From IMG/VR virus record IMGVR_UViG_3300044961_000262, positions 1-64,000 of that record: a DNA stretch of 64,000 nucleotides. One strand, given 5' to 3'. Positions 59,079 through 64,000 of this stretch are shown one piece after another. This DNA comes from a virus. Position 1 is the stretch's first letter; every line of letters begins with the position of its first letter. Both the position numbers and the translations under genes were made by a program. A model generated the notes under the pieces. The model worked only from the letters and a program-made list of their open reading frames with translations. It was not told the DNA's origin and did not search any database.

Positions 59079-59529
59079 TTTATTATCGGATGAATTACCG
59101 GTAAATGTTTCTACTAAAATATATCAAGATGTTTGGTACATTATTAATCAAAAAATAGCAGACTCTTTAGTATATGATGGAGGTAAGAAATTTTACATTA
59201 ATAGATACTTCGGAGCATTGTCTATCATTAGATATAAAAAGAAAATTAAAATAAATAAATTTGGTAAACCTAATACCCCCGTCAATTGGGGAAAAACTTT
59301 AAAATATAGAAAAGAGGGTCTAATAGGAGAAAATAAATTTATATATTCTTCTTCGCAATACGGTTACAGATTTGTTTGGTATAGATATGACGGAATAAAA
59401 GGTTCTTCTCCTTATAAATTTATTCCTTCAAGAACTAACGGAAAAAATTCTAAATCCGGTTTAGCAAATAAGTTATATTCTTTTTTAGCTGAAAACGATA
59501 CTAATTATCTTAAATTTGAACTTAAATAG
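59053..59529 (+). CDS. IHF-like protein of the crAss-like tail module
   Basis: FG.LSI...VNWGKT...YRF.W...YKF.P.R motifs. Confidence 0.6.
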   Translation: MLKTITVGSLLSDELPVNVSTKIYQDVWYIINQKIADSLVYDGGKKFYINRYFGALSIIRYKKKIKINKFGKPNTPVNWGKTLKYRKEGLIGENKFIYSSSQYGYRFVWYRYDGIKGSSPYKFIPSRTNGKNSKSGLANKLYSFLAENDTNYLKFELK

Positions 59530-59541
59530 TATATTTGCTAT

Positions 59542-60276
59542 ATGAATTATAGAACTATATCTTCTAAACATATTGTTGAAAGGGTCTTTGGATTATTAGG
59601 TAATACTATATCTCAAGATTCGGATAGATTTTTAGGTAACATTATTGAATGGATTGGTGGAGGATTAGAATTAATTGGTATTCTTCCTGCTATGAAGAAA
59701 GAATCTGTTATTTATAAAGTAAACGGAGGAAGAATTCCTCTTCCTTGTAACTTATATTTAATTGAATCTGTAGCTTACGATAGTCAATGGCTTCCTTACG
59801 GATCTCAAACTTTTAATTACGATTTGCATTGCGAAGAATGTGTAAATGCTACTCAAGCTTCAAGTTTACCTTTTTCTTATACGGTAAATGATAATTATTT
59901 AATGACAAATGTAGAAGACGGTGAAGAAATATGTATAACATTTTTTTCATTTGCCGTAGATGAAGAAGGATTTCCTGAAATTCCAGATAAAGAAACTGTC
60001 AAACAAGCTTTATTTTGGTTTGTATTAAGATCGTTAATGTTAGGAGGATTTGAACATCCTAATAAACAAATTACATTTAGTACAGTAGATGAAATGTGGA
60101 CAAGATACTGTGGTCAAGCTAATGTTGATTTAAATATGATGGACACACCTAGACTTGAAACATTTAAAAGAATGTGGGTTCGTCTTATACCTGAAGTTAA
60201 TTGGGCTGATAATTTTTTTGCTACCGGTACCGAAAAAGAAATCGTAAAACAACATTATAATATAAGAACTAGATAA
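59542..60276 (+). CDS. Tail tubular/ring protein
   Basis: IEW...LE.IG, LPC.L..I, DEEG.P.IPD motifs. Confidence 0.7.
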   Translation: MNYRTISSKHIVERVFGLLGNTISQDSDRFLGNIIEWIGGGLELIGILPAMKKESVIYKVNGGRIPLPCNLYLIESVAYDSQWLPYGSQTFNYDLHCEECVNATQASSLPFSYTVNDNYLMTNVEDGEEICITFFSFAVDEEGFPEIPDKETVKQALFWFVLRSLMLGGFEHPNKQITFSTVDEMWTRYCGQANVDLNMMDTPRLETFKRMWVRLIPEVNWADNFFATGTEKEIVKQHYNIRTR

Positions 60277-63200
60277 TGGCAATTCCTAATATAATGTGGA
60301 CAGATGCGGATGTTTCTAGAAATCCTCAAGGAACTACTCGTATTGTGTTTAATGCTAACATGGATGTTAAGAAAGGAACCTTAACTCAAGAAGAAGCTTT
60401 TGAATTAATTCATGAATTAAATAGTAATTTATTACCTATAGGATTTATTTCTTTACCTGATCAAACATGTTTAATATTATCTTCTTTAAAAGAATTTTCA
60501 GATTATAAAAACGAAATAGGAGCATTAAATATATCGTCTGGTAATTATCAAGTTGTACTTAGAGATAACTTGAATATAGATGTAAATTTTAATTTTAGCA
60601 AAGAACACTTAATAAAAGGAGTGTCTAAACAAAACGTTAACGGAGATATTATAGCTTACTGGGTTGACGGTTTTAATTTTGACAAATATTTAAATATTAC
60701 AAATCCCATAATAAGTAGAGATAATGATTTAAAAATAAATTCTAAAGAAGATTTTATCTTGTTAAGTCAATTTAGGACAGCATCTTCGATAAATATAGAT
60801 TTTGAAGAAGTATCCTCTGGAGGAAACTTAACTTCCGGAGTTTATTACATTGGTGTACAACAATTAGATAGAGATGAAAACTCTACTCAAACTGTAAATT
60901 TAAGTAATCCGATATCAATAACCAATGGTACTAGCGGAAGTTTCAATAATAATTATGACGGTTGTCCTGCGGGAACACCTACATCTTCTGCTATAAAAAT
61001 TAGAATAAATAATTCTGAGTTAAATCTTTCTTTTCCTTTTTTAAGATTTATTGTAATAAAAAAAGAAAATCAATCTTTATCGGCTCATTTATTACCTAAA
61101 TTTAATTTAAGTTTAAGTTCTGAATATGTAATTTCTACTTTAAATAACTCTACTCCAGTAGCTATTGATTCCATCATCAATGATTCTAATTACATTACAT
61201 CTAAGTCAATTACTCAATTAGATAACGTTTTATATAAAGCTAATTTAAAATCAAATGATAATTACGATCTACAACCTTACGTTAATAATATAAGAGTAAA
61301 CTATATAACAGATACTAAAAACATTCTAGATACAAATGATAATTACAGAAATCCTTATGTAATTTTCGAAGATAAGTCTTTTATGTGGGATGAAATTTAC
61401 GCACTATACGTTTCGTTTGATATGGAAACAGAACACGGAATTGTTGAAACAAAAGCATTTCATTTACCGGGTAGACCTTGTTCTGATATTTTTATTGATG
61501 GAAATTTTTATTCTGAAAGAGATTCTTTAGAGTCGATAAATACAGTAATACCTAATTTTTTTGACAAAAACGATAATTCAGGACTAAAAAAATATTGGCC
61601 GGGAAATCAAATGTATAATGTTAATCCTAACGCTAAATTACACCACGCTATAGATACTTCAGATAATCCTTTAGCTTCAACTAATATGGGATTTTGGGAA
61701 AATGTTTCTGAAACTTATTCTAACGAAGATAAATGGCTTATAAAAAATTCTAATGATACCGTTATAGGTAGTTTAAAAGGAGAACGTGTAAGACATCATA
61801 GATTTCCTGAATCTATAATTAATAGAGGATTATATCATCCTACAAAATCTAATTTAGTAAACGTTTTAGGTATACAACTTACAAATGTTTTATTACCCGA
61901 AAAGTATAAAATTAAAAACGTTAAAATATACTACGCTAAAAGAGATATATCTAACAGAACAATATTAGGACAAAGTTTAGGATTAAATTGTTTAGGTTAT
62001 TATAAACAATCATTTCCGAGTTCTAATGTAACTCCCGAAAAAGAAAATGTATATTCTTCAATCGGTAATATAAATTTAAACAATCTAAAAATACAAGATA
62101 CGGGTCCACAAATTGAAGCGAATTTAATAACTTTAGGTGTAAGACTTGATAATTTTTTTTATTATCAACATAGCTTTGACGCAGCTAAATCTGATAGTGG
62201 TTATATAAAATGTAAACCTTTCGATTTATTATCGCAAAATGTTTCAATAAACGGAGCAACGCATGTAAAAAACGTGTATAGAATAAAGCATCGTTACGAT
62301 GCTGGATTATCTAACGGACCTATCGCAATAGATAAGAATTTAGATTTAAAATTTATATTCGATATTACTCAAAGAGATAATAACGCTAATCAAACTTTTA
62401 TATCCGATAGTTCTACAAATATTCCGGGAATAAATAGAATTAGAAAAATTAAAAACATTGATTATGTAAATAATAATTCAGGAGATTCGAAAGCGGGAGT
62501 TTCTTCAGATTCATATTCTTTTTCTCAATTTGTAAATAATCCTGAAGGGGATAGAGCTATTTGGATTGAAATGGACGGAATGTTACAAGGACTTCAAGCT
62601 AATCCTTTTAAATTGTATGAACAAGATGATTTAGCTTTTTTTCCTCTATCCGGACAATTTCCTGCTCCTGGTTTTACTAAAGATACTGCTGCACCGTATT
62701 TAACTAATATATGTGCATTTAAAGAAGATTTGTTTTTAGGATTTGATAATTATACTTTATGTTATACCGGAAAAGCTTTTCTTTACGGTCAAGATGCTAC
62801 TCAACCATATGAAGTTTTTGGTGGAGATACTTTTAGTTCGTATTATGGAGAAAGAAGTACTTTGACATTAGAAGGAAATATGGTAGGTAATCAGTATCAG
62901 AGTCCTGTTAGAACAATAGGTGTGTTTAGAAGTTTACATTATTATATTTGTCAATCAACATCTAATATTAATTATAGACATGAAGGTCCTAATAATATAG
63001 AAAAATATTTTCCTAAAAGTGCAAATTTTGAAATTTTAAATTTACCCAATTTTGTAGATAACTGGTATGGATATAATACTGATTACTCTTCGGTAAATGA
63101 TATAATTCAACCATTAATAGAACAAAACGGCATTTCAGATTTTATAAATACTTTTAAAAATAGAATAATTCGTTCAGCTAATAATAATCCTGAATTAAAA

Positions 63201-64000
63201 AGTGATAATTACAGAATATGGGAACCGGGTAACGAATATGATGTAGGGATCGATAAAGGAGAAATTTGGGATATTAATGGTTTTACTAATAAACTTTTTA
63301 TTCAAACAGAAAGAAGTATATTTCAAACCATTGGTCGACAAATACTTAAAACTGAAAATTCAGAATCATTTATAGGTTCAGGAAATATATTTGAAGTTTT
63401 ACCTCAAGAACTCGTGTCTACAAGCGGAGTTTATGGAGGAACTCAATCTAGATTTACGACAGCCATTAGTCAATACGGATTAATGTTTGCTGATTCAAAT
63501 TCAGGAATCGTATTTAATGTAGTAGACAATAGATTAGATGAAATAAGTAAAAACGGTCAGGAAATATTTTTTAGAGATAATTTAAGATTTAGTTTACCGG
63601 AATATGTTGATAACTTAACTTATAATAATGCTTCTAATTGGCAATTTACGGAATATTTTAAAGGTCAAATAGTAAAATATAACGGAACTATATATGAATG
63701 TATAGCAGACTCTTCATTTAATGTTCCGACATCTTCTGATTGGAAAGAAGTTAAATGGAAATTTTCAAAAAAAGAATCTATTTTAGATGAACAATCTGTG
63801 GGAATAGAATGCGTATTTGATTATAAGTATAGAAGATATATTCTTACTAAAAAAGATTACGATACTGATACTCAAAATAATGAATTTTATCTATTATATA
63901 AGGGGTATTTAGATATAAATAATATTTCAGAAAACAATATTTATTTGTATAAAGGTGATTATATAACTGTTCAAATGCTATTCAATCCCGAAAAATATGA
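60276..64000 (+). CDS. Tail stabilisation (muzzle, P22 gp10-like) protein, 3'-truncated
   Basis: ATG at 60276 (MAIPNIMWTDADVSRNPQG..); frame runs off the window end; VRHHRFP, FGGDTF and YGYNTDYS motifs. Confidence 0.75.
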   Translation, partial: MAIPNIMWTDADVSRNPQGTTRIVFNANMDVKKGTLTQEEAFELIHELNSNLLPIGFISLPDQTCLILSSLKEFSDYKNEIGALNISSGNYQVVLRDNLNIDVNFNFSKEHLIKGVSKQNVNGDIIAYWVDGFNFDKYLNITNPIISRDNDLKINSKEDFILLSQFRTASSINIDFEEVSSGGNLTSGVYYIGVQQLDRDENSTQTVNLSNPISITNGTSGSFNNNYDGCPAGTPTSSAIKIRINNSELNLSFPFLRFIVIKKENQSLSAHLLPKFNLSLSSEYVISTLNNSTPVAIDSIINDSNYITSKSITQLDNVLYKANLKSNDNYDLQPYVNNIRVNYITDTKNILDTNDNYRNPYVIFEDKSFMWDEIYALYVSFDMETEHGIVETKAFHLPGRPCSDIFIDGNFYSERDSLESINTVIPNFFDKNDNSGLKKYWPGNQMYNVNPNAKLHHAIDTSDNPLASTNMGFWENVSETYSNEDKWLIKNSNDTVIGSLKGERVRHHRFPESIINRGLYHPTKSNLVNVLGIQLTNVLLPEKYKIKNVKIYYAKRDISNRTILGQSLGLNCLGYYKQSFPSSNVTPEKENVYSSIGNINLNNLKIQDTGPQIEANLITLGVRLDNFFYYQHSFDAAKSDSGYIKCKPFDLLSQNVSINGATHVKNVYRIKHRYDAGLSNGPIAIDKNLDLKFIFDITQRDNNANQTFISDSSTNIPGINRIRKIKNIDYVNNNSGDSKAGVSSDSYSFSQFVNNPEGDRAIWIEMDGMLQGLQANPFKLYEQDDLAFFPLSGQFPAPGFTKDTAAPYLTNICAFKEDLFLGFDNYTLCYTGKAFLYGQDATQPYEVFGGDTFSSYYGERSTLTLEGNMVGNQYQSPVRTIGVFRSLHYYICQSTSNINYRHEGPNNIEKYFPKSANFEILNLPNFVDNWYGYNTDYSSVNDIIQPLIEQNGISDFINTFKNRIIRSANNNPELKSDNYRIWEPGNEYDVGIDKGEIWDINGFTNKLFIQTERSIFQTIGRQILKTENSESFIGSGNIFEVLPQELVSTSGVYGGTQSRFTTAISQYGLMFADSNSGIVFNVVDNRLDEISKNGQEIFFRDNLRFSLPEYVDNLTYNNASNWQFTEYFKGQIVKYNGTIYECIADSSFNVPTSSDWKEVKWKFSKKESILDEQSVGIECVFDYKYRRYILTKKDYDTDTQNNEFYLLYKGYLDINNISENNIYLYKGDYITVQMLFNPEKY

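Noticed and set aside
1-64000. Stop-codon reassignment as in some crAss-like phages
   Set aside because: All core genes are full length in the standard code and TAG/TGA are used as real stops; the lone internal TAG at ~28005 is better explained as decay

Overview
AT-rich 64 kb segment of a crAss-like (Crassvirales-related) podophage, probably infecting Bacteroidota. The host call rests on TTG-N19/20-TAnnTTTG promoters in front of late genes. There are three blocks. (1) The 3' part of a giant virion cargo protein on + (<1-6119). (2) A leftward early/replication arm (6130-36379) with Ung, MazG, 5'-3' exonuclease, family-B DNA polymerase, RusA-like resolvase, primase, SSB, AAA ATPase, DnaB-like and SF2 helicases, a DnaA domain-IV protein, many small ORFs, a tmRNA and structured intergenic tracts. 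(3) A rightward late arm (36654->64000) with RepL-like, GroES-like, IHF-like, TerL, portal, scaffold, major capsid, ring/fibre proteins, amidase-spanin-holin and a tail stabilisation protein. The main finding is a complete phage-encoded ubiquitin-like conjugation cassette inside the replication operon (13561-16981): a Ubl with Gly76 plus a cleavable tail, an E2-like protein, a JAB protease and an E1. Other findings: a tmRNA with a 36-residue tag, attC-like hairpins crossed by ORFs, arrays of stem-enclosed candidate ncRNAs, a degenerate tRNA-like element after the capsid gene, and a nested domain insertion in a fibre-like protein. All calls come from reading motifs by eye; no database search was run.
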